Below, piece by piece: positions 37,029 through 46,182 of a stretch of 64,000 nt of DNA (position 1 is its first letter; the number at the start of each line of letters is the position of its first letter). Source of the DNA: an uncultured Acidimicrobiales bacterium. GTDB taxonomy: Bacteria; Actinomycetota; Acidimicrobiia; Acidimicrobiales; DATKAS01. Made by a program: the position numbers and the translations under genes. The stretch lies in assembly GCA_963802505.1 (NCBI GenBank), contig CAWDJB010000002.1, positions 532,627 through 596,626 of the forward strand. The letters are read 5' to 3'. Below the pieces are notes generated by a model that was not told the DNA's origin, ran no database searches, and worked only from the letters and a program-made list of their open reading frames with translations.

Positions 37029-37913
37029 TCAGGGACGGCCCGCGGCCTCCCACTCGCGATGCGCGCCGAGGCAGCGATCCCACAAGCGGTCGAGGGTCTC
37101 GACCGGCACTGCGTCGAGGCGAAGGTCGAACACATCCGCGAGCGCGCCGAACCAGTCGGCGCGGTCGGTGAGCGGCTCATCGGGCGCGCTGCCCTCACCG
37201 ACTCTGCTGAGCGTCAGGCCCCGCATGATGTCAACCCCGGTCGCGTCGCGGCGCTGGACCGTGCAGATGCGCACGAACCCTGACTCGGGCGAGGTGGACA
37301 GCACGCGATTGCGCTCCGCGAAGTCGTCCATGGTCGCGGCACTCATGCGCCAGCTCATGCCGCGGAACGTGCCTTTGGGGTCGTGGGTGAGATGCCAGTC
37401 GCCGACGCCGTCGTCGGTCGGTTCCAACGAGAGGGCGAACGGTCCCTGTGCGAACGTCGCCGGCCGAAGCGGCACGGCCTCGTGCAACGCGTCGCCGAGC
37501 CCGGCGTCGACGTACCAGTCGCCCGACTCGTTGTCGTCGGTGGGAAGTCCCGACACCGTCAGCACGAGGTGGTTGGTGAGCGCGCTCTCGTCGGGACCGT
37601 CTGGCCCGTGGACGCCACCGACGTGCCGGGTCACGTCGTAGCCGAGCGACCAGAGCAGCTCACTGAACGCGCCATTGAGGTGGAAGCAGTAGCCGCCGCG
37701 GCCCTCGAACGCGACGCGACGGGTCGACGCGAGTGAGTCGACGTCCCAGCCCTCGCCGGCATGGATCCACGTGGTCTCGTAGGGGACCCGTTCGACGTGT
37801 CGCGCGTGGAGGCGGACCAGCGCCTCGGCGGAGGGAGGCTCGGCGTCGAGCCCGAGCCGCGCGAGGTATGCGTCGCGCACATCGCGCTCGAGTACACCGT
37901 TCGGGAGAGCCAC
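37029..37913 (-). CDS. arylamine N-acetyltransferase (NAT)
   Basis: RGGYCFHLNGAF catalytic-Cys motif. Start set at GTG 37913 (MALPNGVLERDVRDAYLARLG). The stop lies 19 nt upstream of the hypB start on the same strand. Confidence 0.75.
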   Translation of the reverse strand: MALPNGVLERDVRDAYLARLGLDAEPPSAEALVRLHARHVERVPYETTWIHAGEGWDVDSLASTRRVAFEGRGGYCFHLNGAFSELLWSLGYDVTRHVGGVHGPDGPDESALTNHLVLTVSGLPTDDNESGDWYVDAGLGDALHEAVPLRPATFAQGPFALSLEPTDDGVGDWHLTHDPKGTFRGMSWRMSAATMDDFAERNRVLSTSPESGFVRICTVQRRDATGVDIMRGLTLSRVGEGSAPDEPLTDRADWFGALADVFDLRLDAVPVETLDRLWDRCLGAHREWEAAGRP

Positions 37914-38429
37914 GCCGCCGAGTATGCCTTCTACGATCCGGCGATCGAGATCCGCGACGCGCGTACGAATGACTGGCCGGCGATGTGGCCCATCGTGACC
38001 TCGATCGCTCGCGCTGGCGACACCTACACCTACCCGGTCGACATCGCGGAGGACGACGCCCGCGCACTGTGGTTGCCTGCGCCTCCGTGGCGCACGGTGG
38101 TCGCCGTCGACGGTGGGGCGATCGTGGGCATGGCCAGGTACGGCCCGAATCACCCTGGTCCCGGCGACCACGTGGCCAACGCGAGCTTCATGGTCGACAC
38201 AGGTCGCGCTCGGCGCGGCGTCGGCCGCGCGCTCGGCGAGCACGTGATCGCCGCCGCGCGAGGCGACGGCTACCGGGCCATGCAGTTCAACGCGGTCGTC
38301 GAGTCGAACACCGCAGCGGTTGCTCTTTGGCGGTCGCTGGGGTTTGAAGTGCTGACGACGATCCCCGAAGCCTTTCGGCACCCCACGCTGGGCCTGGTAG
38401 GGATGCACGTGATGCATCGGACGCTGTGA
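37761..38429 (+). CDS. GNAT-family N-acetyltransferase (start uncertain)
   Basis: The conserved core starts about 37935 (IEIRDARTNDWPAMWPIV...RRGVGRALGEHVI...FNAVVESNTAAVALWRSLGF). No ATG/GTG/TTG lies in frame near the core. The nearest ATG (37924) is out of frame. Confidence 0.65.
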   Translation: MDPRGLVGDPFDVSRVEADQRLGGGRLGVEPEPREVCVAHIALEYTVRESHAAEYAFYDPAIEIRDARTNDWPAMWPIVTSIARAGDTYTYPVDIAEDDARALWLPAPPWRTVVAVDGGAIVGMARYGPNHPGPGDHVANASFMVDTGRARRGVGRALGEHVIAAARGDGYRAMQFNAVVESNTAAVALWRSLGFEVLTTIPEAFRHPTLGLVGMHVMHRTL

Positions 38430-39451
38430 CGCAGCCGCTGCCTGAGGAGGAACGCGTGTCGACAGCCCAATCCCCGATCGGTTCTCAGTTCGGCCCGGCG
38501 TCGACCGCCCACGCGGTGATCGCCGGCATCGACCTCACCGGCAAGACGGCCGTCGTCACCGGAGGGGCATCGGGCATCGGCATCCCGACCGTGCAGGCGC
38601 TGCGCTCGGCCGGTGCCACCGTGGTCGTGCCCGCTCGAAACGTCGAAGGGGCACGCGAGACCCTTGCGGGTCTCGACGTCGAGGTGCAGCCAATGGACCT
38701 CACGGTGCCGAAGACAATCGACGTGTTCGCCGCACGCTTCCTCACATCGGGCCGGCCGCTGCACCTGCTCGTGAACAACGGCGGCATCGGGGGCGCTCCC
38801 CTCGCCCGCGACGAACGAGGCTACGAGTCCGTGTTCACGACGAACCACCTCGGCCACTTCCACCTCACCTGCCGGCTCTGGTCCGCGCTGCGCGCGGCGA
38901 ACGGCGCCCGGGTCATCGACGTGTCGTCGTGGGCGCACCGGGCGTCGCCGGTCGTGCTCGAGGATCTGATGTTCGAGCGTCGCGCGTATGACCCGGTGCT
39001 GTCCTACGGCCAATCGAAGACGGCGAACATCCTGCACGCGGTCGCCGTCGACAAGCGCGGCGAGGCCGACGGCATCCGCGCGTTCTCGCTTCATCCGGGC
39101 ACGATCGTCGACAGCAACTTCAAGCGGTACACACCCTCCGAGGTGCTGACCGCGTTCGGGCTGGTGGACGAGAACGGTGATGCCGTCATCGACCCGGCGA
39201 AGTCACGAAAGACGGTCGAGCAGGGTGCCGCCACGACGGTGTGGTGCGCGACGAGCCCGCAGCTCGATGGTCTCGGTGGCTTGTACGCGCAGGATTGCGA
39301 CATCGCGCCGCTCGTCGTTCCGAGTGAGGCGCTCAACATCGAGTTCGGCTCGCCCCCGCTCGGGGTCATGAGCTACGCGGTCGACGCCGATGTCGCCGAG
39401 CAGCTGTGGATCGCGAGCGAAAGGCTGACGCAGGTGAGATTGGCGGCATGA
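38426..39451 (+). CDS. short-chain dehydrogenase/reductase (retinol-dehydrogenase-like)
   Basis: TGGASGIG cofactor motif, NNGG, and YGQSK (YxxxK). Confidence 0.8.
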   Translation: MTQPLPEEERVSTAQSPIGSQFGPASTAHAVIAGIDLTGKTAVVTGGASGIGIPTVQALRSAGATVVVPARNVEGARETLAGLDVEVQPMDLTVPKTIDVFAARFLTSGRPLHLLVNNGGIGGAPLARDERGYESVFTTNHLGHFHLTCRLWSALRAANGARVIDVSSWAHRASPVVLEDLMFERRAYDPVLSYGQSKTANILHAVAVDKRGEADGIRAFSLHPGTIVDSNFKRYTPSEVLTAFGLVDENGDAVIDPAKSRKTVEQGAATTVWCATSPQLDGLGGLYAQDCDIAPLVVPSEALNIEFGSPPLGVMSYAVDADVAEQLWIASERLTQVRLAA

Positions 39452-40287
39452 AGCTCACCCCGCGGTACGGCAGTGAGCCCATCGTGCGCATCGACCGGAT
39501 GATCGACGGGTTGGCGGCGACGGTCATGAAGCAGCGGGACCGGCTGGCCGCGACGCTCGCCGACCTCGATCCCGGGCAGTGGGCCACCCCGAGCCGCTGC
39601 GAGGGATGGTCAGTGCAGGACGTCATCATCCACTTGAGCTCGACAAACCAGTTCTGGGCGTTCTCCGTCAGGCAAGGCTTGGCGGGCGAGCCGACCCAGT
39701 TCCTGGTCGGCTTCGATCCGGTGGCATCGCCGGCCGAGCTCGTGGCCGGGCAACAGGGCACGCCGCCCAGCGCGACGCTCGCTCAGTTCGTCGAAGGCAA
39801 CCAAGCGCTCGCCGATGCCCTCGCGGCTGCCGACAGCAACAGCTCATGGGGGGTGCTCGCCGAGGCTCCGCCCGGTCACATCGCGATCGGCCTCGTCGCG
39901 ATCCACGCGCTGTGGGACTCGTGGGTGCACGAGCGCGACATCCGCATCCCGCTCGGGCTCGCTCCCGTCGTGGACGACGCCGAGATGGAGGCATGCCTGG
40001 TCTACGCCGCCGCGCTCGGTCCCGCGTTCCACGCGAGCACGGGTTCCACGCGCTCGGGCGTGATCGCTCTCGACGTGACCGACCCCGACGTCCACGTGGT
40101 GATCGAGGTCGGCCGCGACATCGCCATCCATCGTGGCAGCGCGCCATCCGACGCCGTGCTCCTCGAGGGCGATGCGGTCGACGTGCTCGAACGGCTGAGC
40201 ATGCGAGCGCCGTTCGACCCTCCCGGCACCGAGGCTGACCGTTGGCTGTTCCAGGGGCTCGCGGAGGTTTTCGACACCGCGGTGTAG
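39448..40287 (+). CDS. DinB-fold, maleylpyruvate-isomerase-family (mycothiol-dependent type) protein
   Basis: The ATG at 39448 overlaps the SDR stop (ATGA). N-terminal LADLDPGQWATPSRCEGWSVQDVIIHL pattern. Confidence 0.6.
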   Translation: MKLTPRYGSEPIVRIDRMIDGLAATVMKQRDRLAATLADLDPGQWATPSRCEGWSVQDVIIHLSSTNQFWAFSVRQGLAGEPTQFLVGFDPVASPAELVAGQQGTPPSATLAQFVEGNQALADALAAADSNSSWGVLAEAPPGHIAIGLVAIHALWDSWVHERDIRIPLGLAPVVDDAEMEACLVYAAALGPAFHASTGSTRSGVIALDVTDPDVHVVIEVGRDIAIHRGSAPSDAVLLEGDAVDVLERLSMRAPFDPPGTEADRWLFQGLAEVFDTAV

Positions 40288-40290
40288 CCC

Positions 40291-40801
40291 TCAGCTTCGA
40301 GAGTCGCGACGAGCGATCTCCTCCTCGAGCGCGCGCGAAGATCGGAAGCGTGGCGTGATCCTTCGGTCTGCCGGCGGCCTCCTTCGATCGGATGACGTCG
40401 CTGAGGGCGGCGACCTTTATCCGCATGTCCGAGACCTCGAAGATCTCGGCGCGCGTCGACAACGCGTCGAAGTCGTCGAGAGCAGCCGGCGAGAACGTGA
40501 GGTCGAGGTCGCCGCATCGCGTGGTGAGGTTCAACGTCGCCATCGACTGCAGCAACGCCGGGTGCGGATCGAACTCCACACCGTCGGGCGTGTCGCTCAC
40601 GCGAAGTCGCGCGCGGAGAGCCCGCAACGCGCCAGCGAGGCGCTCGAGGTTGCGTCCGTCGCGGGCGGGCACGATGTCGGCGTCGTTTGTCATCGCGGGC
40701 GACCCGTGGAGCACCGCGGCGAGTCCGCCGATGAGCACGTAGTCAACCTCGTGGTCGCGAAGCGCCCGGAACAGGCACTCGGGATCGAGCGGCGCGGGCA
40801 T
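40291..40801 (-). pseudogene. nucleotidyltransferase-fold protein (partner of the XRE HTH gene), 3' end apparently frameshifted near 40335
   Basis: LRDHEVDYVLIGGLAAVLHGSPAMTNDADIV (minimal NTase-like G[GS]...D.D). After ...KDHATLPIFARA the frame turns Arg-rich and runs 600 nt antisense into the neighbour. Shifting frame at the (GC)n tract gives ALEEEIARRDSRS* and ends at 40291. Confidence 0.5.
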
Positions 40802-41112
40802 CAGCGCACCCGGCGAGCCGTTGCGACGAAACGGCTCACATTGGCGACGGACGCGAGGCGGTCGGACGGCGAGAGGGCGAGCTGTTGCCTGATCTGGGCG
40901 CGATCGACGTCATCGGGTTCGAGGGCGAGGACGAGACGCTGCCCGCACGCTCGAGCGATGCGCTGCAACGTCGAGAGGCGCGGCTCGTCGTCACCCCTCT
41001 CCCACCTCGACACCACCGACTGGGTGGTGCCGAGGCGCGCCGCCAACGCCGCTTGCGTCAGGCCCGCCTCGGTGCGAGCCGTGCGGACGAGCGCCGCTGC
41101 AGTGCTGGTCAC
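40801..41112 (-). CDS. XRE-family helix-turn-helix protein
   Basis: RTEAGLTQAALAARLGTTQSVVSRWERG is a classic HTH_3 motif. Its stop codon overlaps the downstream start by 1 nt. Confidence 0.8.
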   Translation of the reverse strand: MTSTAAALVRTARTEAGLTQAALAARLGTTQSVVSRWERGDDEPRLSTLQRIARACGQRLVLALEPDDVDRAQIRQQLALSPSDRLASVANVSRFVATARRVR

Positions 41113-41170
41113 CGGCCCCAGTGTAGAGCGTTTCCGCTATGAGTGAGAGAGCGTTTCCAGCATATCGCCC

Positions 41171-41860
41171 TCACGCCGCGTCGTGGAACAAGATCCCGAG
41201 GGTCAGGCGCTTGCCCGAGCGCACGATCGACACGCCGTGTCGCACCGGCGCAGCAGACCATCCCCTCGCGGACTCGACGGGACGGTCGCGCGTCGTGAAC
41301 ACCAACCCCTGGCAATGGGGTAACGACACCGCGGTGCCGCGGGATTGCGCTCGCGGTCGCTGCTCGACGAGCAGGAACTCGCCGCCGGTGTAGTCCGTCT
41401 CGGGCTGGGTGAGGTTGATCACCACCTGCAGGGGAAAGACGAGGTCGCCGTAGAGATCGCGGTGCAGCGCGTTCCAATCGCCCTTCGCGTAGCTGAGCAT
41501 CAGCGGCGTGGGCCTCGTCTGTCCCGCGGCATGGCACATGTCCAGCCACTCGTCGAGCGAGTCGGGCCACGGCGAGGGCCGCCCGAGCTTCTCGTGCCAG
41601 TCCCGCGCAATCGACACCAGCCGCGGGTACAGCTCGTGCCGCAAGGCGTCGACGACTTCCGGGAGCGGATACGCGAGATATCGGTACTCCCCCTCGCCGA
41701 ACCGATGCCGCGCCATGTGCACCGTCGAGCGAAACACGTCGTCGTGGAAGTAGAGCGCGGAGAGTGCCTTCGCCTCGGAGACGGTGATGAGCGGGGAGGT
41801 CAGCGCGCAGCCGAGCTCGTTCAGCTCGGCTGCGACCTGCGACCAGTCCGTGACCATCAT
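41171..41860 (-). CDS. 2OG-Fe(II) oxygenase of the DNA-alkylation-repair-associated type
   Basis: ALHRDLYGDLVFPLQVVINL...GGEFLLVEQRP...RHGVS (HxD...H...R). The ATG at 41860 overlaps the ogt stop. Confidence 0.7.
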   Translation of the reverse strand: MMVTDWSQVAAELNELGCALTSPLITVSEAKALSALYFHDDVFRSTVHMARHRFGEGEYRYLAYPLPEVVDALRHELYPRLVSIARDWHEKLGRPSPWPDSLDEWLDMCHAAGQTRPTPLMLSYAKGDWNALHRDLYGDLVFPLQVVINLTQPETDYTGGEFLLVEQRPRAQSRGTAVSLPHCQGLVFTTRDRPVESARGWSAAPVRHGVSIVRSGKRLTLGILFHDAA

Positions 41861-42475
41861 GCGGCGGCCTCCAGATCGAGCAGGCGACGCTTGGTGTCGG
41901 GGCCGGCGAGGTACGCCCCGAGCGCGCCGTCGGACCTGATGACTCGGTGACACGGGATCACGATCGGCAACGGGTTCGTCGCGCACGCGGTGCCGACTGC
42001 TCGCACGGCCTTCGGATTGTCGACGCCGGTGGCGACGGCCTGGTAGCTCGCCGTGTGCCCGTAGGCGATGGTCGGGAGGTAGGTGAGCACGACCCGGCGA
42101 AAGCCCGCCGAGAGGCTGAGATCGACCGTCAGGTCGAAGTTCTCGCGACGGCCGGCGAAGTACTCATCGAGCTGGCGTGGCGGCGGCGTCGAGGCGATCC
42201 GGTGCGTGCAGGATGCGCGGGCTCAGGTGCGCGGCGAGGCCGTCGAGGACGGCGTCGTGGTCCTCCGTCTCGTAGGCCACCCGCACGAGCCCGTTCGGCG
42301 TCGACGCGAGCAGCAGCAGGCCGACGGGGGTGTCGAGCGTTCGGTACGCGACATCGAGCAGGCCCGCGGCATCGGCCTCGGCGGTCAGCCGTGCGTGCAG
42401 CGCGACGAGGTCGCGATCGGTCGGCTCGGCAGCGCCGGCGAAGAGATCAGTGTTGTCGCGGTCAGAGATGTTCAT
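41857..42475 (-). pseudogene. ogt: methylated-DNA--protein-cysteine methyltransferase (Ogt), apparent frameshift near 42175
   Basis: The N-terminal ORF ends ...RLDAAATPAR*. The adjacent frame continues QLDEYFAGRRENFDLTVDL...YGHTASYQAVA...IPCHRVIRSDG (PCHR active site). Confidence 0.8.
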
Positions 42476-42942
42476 GGGACGAGTCCTTTTCGGAGGTTGG
42501 CGATGCCGTCGGCGGCGGCACGACGAGCTGCGTCAGCAGTTCCACCGACGATCGCCGCCACTTCGGTGTACGGAAGTCCCGCGATGTGGTGGTAGACGAC
42601 CGCGTAGCGCTGCTTGTCGGGAAGCGTGGCGAGGGATCGAGCCAGATCGATGTCTCGAGGCCGATCGGTCGTCACGTTGGGTGCGGTGGGCAATTCGGCG
42701 ACGGGTACGGCTCGGCGCGCCGTTCGCCTCGTGATGTCGATCGCCTTGCGGTGCGCGATCGTCACGAGCCACGCCTCGACGTTCGCGTCCTCGGGCAGCC
42801 GGGGGTACGCCTCGAGGGCGGAGAGGAAGGTCTCTGACCACGCGTCGTCCGCGTCGACGACGCCCACCACCGCGCGACAGACCCGCAGCACTGTCGCGCC
42901 GTGACGAGTGACCACCTCCTCGAACGGCTTCTTCATCGCCAC
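42472..42942 (-). CDS. ECF-type RNA polymerase sigma-70 family factor
   Basis: Region 2 (DADDAWSETFLSALEAY...WLVTIAHRKAID) and region 4 (LPDKQRYAVVYHHIAGLPYTEVAAIVG). 4-nt overlap with the ogt start. Confidence 0.8.
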   Translation of the reverse strand: MAMKKPFEEVVTRHGATVLRVCRAVVGVVDADDAWSETFLSALEAYPRLPEDANVEAWLVTIAHRKAIDITRRTARRAVPVAELPTAPNVTTDRPRDIDLARSLATLPDKQRYAVVYHHIAGLPYTEVAAIVGGTADAARRAAADGIANLRKGLVP

Positions 42943-42993
42943 ACCATGGAGACGCCCGGGCGCGCCGAGACGTGAGGTCCGTTCGTCAGCTGC

Positions 42994-43764
42994 TCACCGG
43001 GGCGACGCACCGTTCACGAGCCCGAGACCGACGGCTCGGTAGCCGAGCAGGACCAGCAGGTCGTCAGACGCGGTGTCGACGACCTGGTCGTCGAGCGCGA
43101 GGAACCAGTTCTCTTGCGGTCGGTAGATCGGAGTCGTGTACCACGCGAACACGCCCGCTCGGCGCTCGTCGGCGGTGCGGTTGTTGCCGGTCTTGTGCCA
43201 CACCCGACCCTCCATCGCCACCATCGAACCAGCCGGCGCCTCGATCGCGACCGTGTCCGAGCCCTGATCATCGGCCGTCGGGGCGCGATTGCGCTCGTGG
43301 CTGCCGGGGACGTACCGCGTGGCGCCGTTCTCGTCGGTGAAGTCGTCGAGGCACCACAGCACGTTGACGCCTTGGATGCCCGACCACGGCTGCGGCATGT
43401 AGAGCTGATCCGCGTGCAACACCATCTCGCCGCCGCCCGGCCCCGTGATGTTGGCGCTGATGTTCGAGAGCAAGGCCGGCCACCCGAGCGTGCCCCTCAC
43501 GAGAGCGAGCGCCGCCGGATGCTCCGCGAGCCCGCAGAACACCGGATGCCGGTTCGGGAGGTTCCACACTCGCTGGTTGGTGGTGTCGGCCGCGTAATCG
43601 AGGCCGAACCGCACCTCGCGCCCCTCGGCTCGATCGCGTGCCGCCGCGTCATAGAGCGCAGCGCGCGCCGTCTCGAGCGTGTCGTCGTCGAGCGCGTCGG
43701 GCACGACGCACAGACCGTTCTCGCGGAGCTCGCTCGCGGCGCGGTCGAGGTCGATCGTCGTCAT
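42994..43764 (-). CDS. phytanoyl-CoA dioxygenase (PhyH) family protein
   Basis: LHADQLYMPQPW...WCLDDFTDENGATRYVPGSH...VWHKTGNN. Confidence 0.75.
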   Translation of the reverse strand: MTTIDLDRAASELRENGLCVVPDALDDDTLETARAALYDAAARDRAEGREVRFGLDYAADTTNQRVWNLPNRHPVFCGLAEHPAALALVRGTLGWPALLSNISANITGPGGGEMVLHADQLYMPQPWSGIQGVNVLWCLDDFTDENGATRYVPGSHERNRAPTADDQGSDTVAIEAPAGSMVAMEGRVWHKTGNNRTADERRAGVFAWYTTPIYRPQENWFLALDDQVVDTASDDLLVLLGYRAVGLGLVNGASPR

Positions 43765-44537
43765 CGTCCGGTCGGGATGGCGGTGAGACCGTGGTCGAGC
43801 GCGAGCATCGCTCGAAACGAAGGGTCGAAACCTGCCGCCACGTCAGGCGGGAGCGCCGCGTTCCAGTTGATCTGCGGACGGATCCACGGCTGGACGTAGT
43901 AGCCGAAGAGAGCCGCGCGGTGCACCGATTCGGTTCGGTTCGCGCCGGTCTGGTGCCACAGCCGACCGTCCATGACCATGATGCTGCCCGCTGGTCCTTC
44001 GACGGCGACGGTCTCGACGGGAGCGGCGAAGTCGGGAAGGGAGCGGTGGCTCCCCGCCACGACACGGGTCGCGCCGTTCTCGTCGGTGAAGTCGTCGAGC
44101 AGCCACGCCACGTTCACGGCGAACGGTGCCGTCCACGGCTGGGGCACGTAATACTGGTCCGCGTGCAGGTACATGCCGCCTGCTCCGGGCCCGGTGACGT
44201 TGGCGCTGAAGTTCGAGATCAGGAAGTCGCCGATCGTGCGGTTCACGTAGCGGAGTGCGAGCGGATGTCGGATGAGCTCGACGAAGATCGCGTCCCACAC
44301 GAAGAGCATGAACACGCGCCGGTTCTTCTCGTCGAAGTCGAACGCGTATCCCCGCGTCGGGATGCCGATGGCGTCGGACCGGTCAGCTGCGTCGAGCAAG
44401 CGGGCGCGCACGTCGGCAGTCGCCGCCGGATCGAGCACGCCGGTGACCACCGCGACGCCGACGTCGTCGAGATCACGATCGGCCGCGTCGAGCTCGTCGA
44501 TGCTCCTCGGCGGCGGCAGCGTCTGCGCGAACGTCAC
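43761..44537 (-). CDS. phytanoyl-CoA dioxygenase (PhyH) family protein, tandem paralog
   Basis: LHADQYYVPQPW...WLLDDFTDENGATRVVAGSH...LWHQTGAN. The GTG at 44537 overlaps the upstream stop (GTGA). Confidence 0.7.
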   Translation of the reverse strand: MTFAQTLPPPRSIDELDAADRDLDDVGVAVVTGVLDPAATADVRARLLDAADRSDAIGIPTRGYAFDFDEKNRRVFMLFVWDAIFVELIRHPLALRYVNRTIGDFLISNFSANVTGPGAGGMYLHADQYYVPQPWTAPFAVNVAWLLDDFTDENGATRVVAGSHRSLPDFAAPVETVAVEGPAGSIMVMDGRLWHQTGANRTESVHRAALFGYYVQPWIRPQINWNAALPPDVAAGFDPSFRAMLALDHGLTAIPTGR

Positions 44538-46135
44538 GCGGGCTCCGCAGCCGTCTCTTTCGCGACCTCGCGTGCCCACGGGTAGTCGGCCTTGCCGTTC
44601 GGCGCCCGCTGCACGCGGTCGACGATGATCACCCGCTTCGGAAGCTTGTAGCGGCCGATGTGCTCGGCGGCGGCCTCGATGATCGCGGCCTCGTCGGCCG
44701 ATGCGCCCGGCTGCAAGGACGCGATGGCGACGACACGCTCGCCGAACCGCTCGTCGGGCACACCCACGACGAGACAGTCGTACACGGCCGGATGCGCTTT
44801 GACAGCCTCTTCGACCTCCTCCGGAAAGACCTTCTCGCCGCCGGTGTTGATGCAGTTCGAGCCGCGGCCGAGGAGGATGAGCGACCCGTCCGCCGCAACC
44901 TTCGCCCAGTCGCCGGGCAGCGAGTGCGGCACGCCGTCGATGACCATGAAGGTGCGGGCCGACTTCTCGGGATCCTTGAAGTAGCCGAGCGACGCGCTGA
45001 TGGCGGCGACCATGCCGATCTCGTCAGACCCCGGCTGCACCTCGCGGCCGTCTTCGGTGACGACCTTCACGGAGGGGTTGGTCGTGAACTTCGCGGTTGT
45101 TCCGATGCCCGCGCGCGTGCTGATCGTCGTGCCCATCGCGCCCTCGGTGGAGCCGAGGCCGTCGTACAGCGTGACGTCGAGGTGCTTCAGCAGGCCCTCC
45201 TTGACCTCGGTCGACCACATCACGCCGGACGACACGATCGTCTTCAGCGATGGCGCCTCGTAGCCCTTCTCGTCCAGTGCGCGCAGCATCGGCTTGGCGA
45301 ACGCGTCGCCGACGATCACGACGGCGCTCACGCCTTCGCGCTCGACGGCTTGCCAGAGCTCGTGGGGGTCGAACGAGCGGTTTGTGAGCGTGACGACCGA
45401 GCCCTTGAGGAGCAGGGGCGCCATGGTGCCGAGCCACATCCCGGTGCCGTGCATCTGCGGGCACGCTGCGAGCCACACGGGCGGCGGGTCCAGCTGGTCG
45501 CCCACTGCCAGGAGCTCGTCGACGTTGGTCGGCGGCGTGAGGCCCGAGATCGAAGCGCCGAACGTCCCGATCGCGATCGGGAAGATGCCGTTCGTGTACA
45601 TGACGCCCTTCGGCATCCCCGTGGTGCCGCCGGTGTAGAGCATGTAGATGTCGTCGGGCTGACCCTCGACCCGCGGTGCGGGGTCGTGCCCCGCGATCAC
45701 GTCGTCCCACCGCAACGCGCCGTCGAGATGGGGGCCACCGTCGTCGACCTCGATGACCGCGCGGAGCTTGGTCGCCTTCGAGAGCACGCGCTCAACGCGG
45801 TCACCCAGGCTCGAGTGGAAGAACAGCACCTCGCTGTCGGAGTTGTCGAGCAGGTAGAGCAGCTCGTTGTCGGTGTAGCGGTAATTGACGTTGATCGGGA
45901 CACCGCGCATCTTGAAGGCCGCGTACTGCGCGACGACGTACTCGATCCCGTTGTAGAGGTAGAGCGCGACCTTCGAATCGGGCTGAAGGCCGAGCTCGAC
46001 GAACGCCTGCGCCAGGCGGGCGGCTTGGTCGTCGTAGTCGCGCCACGAGAGACGCTCGTCGCCGTGGATGAGCGCGGTGCGATCACCCACCTCGTCGGCG
46101 ATCGACTGCCAGATGTTGGCGAAGTGAACCTGCAT
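44534..46135 (-). CDS. AMP-dependent acyl-CoA synthetase/ligase
   Basis: The ATG at 46135 gives MQVHFANIWQS. AMP-binding motif YTGGTTGMPKGV and C-terminal PNGKADY. Confidence 0.85.
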   Translation of the reverse strand: MQVHFANIWQSIADEVGDRTALIHGDERLSWRDYDDQAARLAQAFVELGLQPDSKVALYLYNGIEYVVAQYAAFKMRGVPINVNYRYTDNELLYLLDNSDSEVLFFHSSLGDRVERVLSKATKLRAVIEVDDGGPHLDGALRWDDVIAGHDPAPRVEGQPDDIYMLYTGGTTGMPKGVMYTNGIFPIAIGTFGASISGLTPPTNVDELLAVGDQLDPPPVWLAACPQMHGTGMWLGTMAPLLLKGSVVTLTNRSFDPHELWQAVEREGVSAVVIVGDAFAKPMLRALDEKGYEAPSLKTIVSSGVMWSTEVKEGLLKHLDVTLYDGLGSTEGAMGTTISTRAGIGTTAKFTTNPSVKVVTEDGREVQPGSDEIGMVAAISASLGYFKDPEKSARTFMVIDGVPHSLPGDWAKVAADGSLILLGRGSNCINTGGEKVFPEEVEEAVKAHPAVYDCLVVGVPDERFGERVVAIASLQPGASADEAAIIEAAAEHIGRYKLPKRVIIVDRVQRAPNGKADYPWAREVAKETAAEPA

Positions 46136-46182
46136 CCCGACCCCCCGGCTCTGGTTCCCACGGAAGGTAATCGGTGGTTGGG

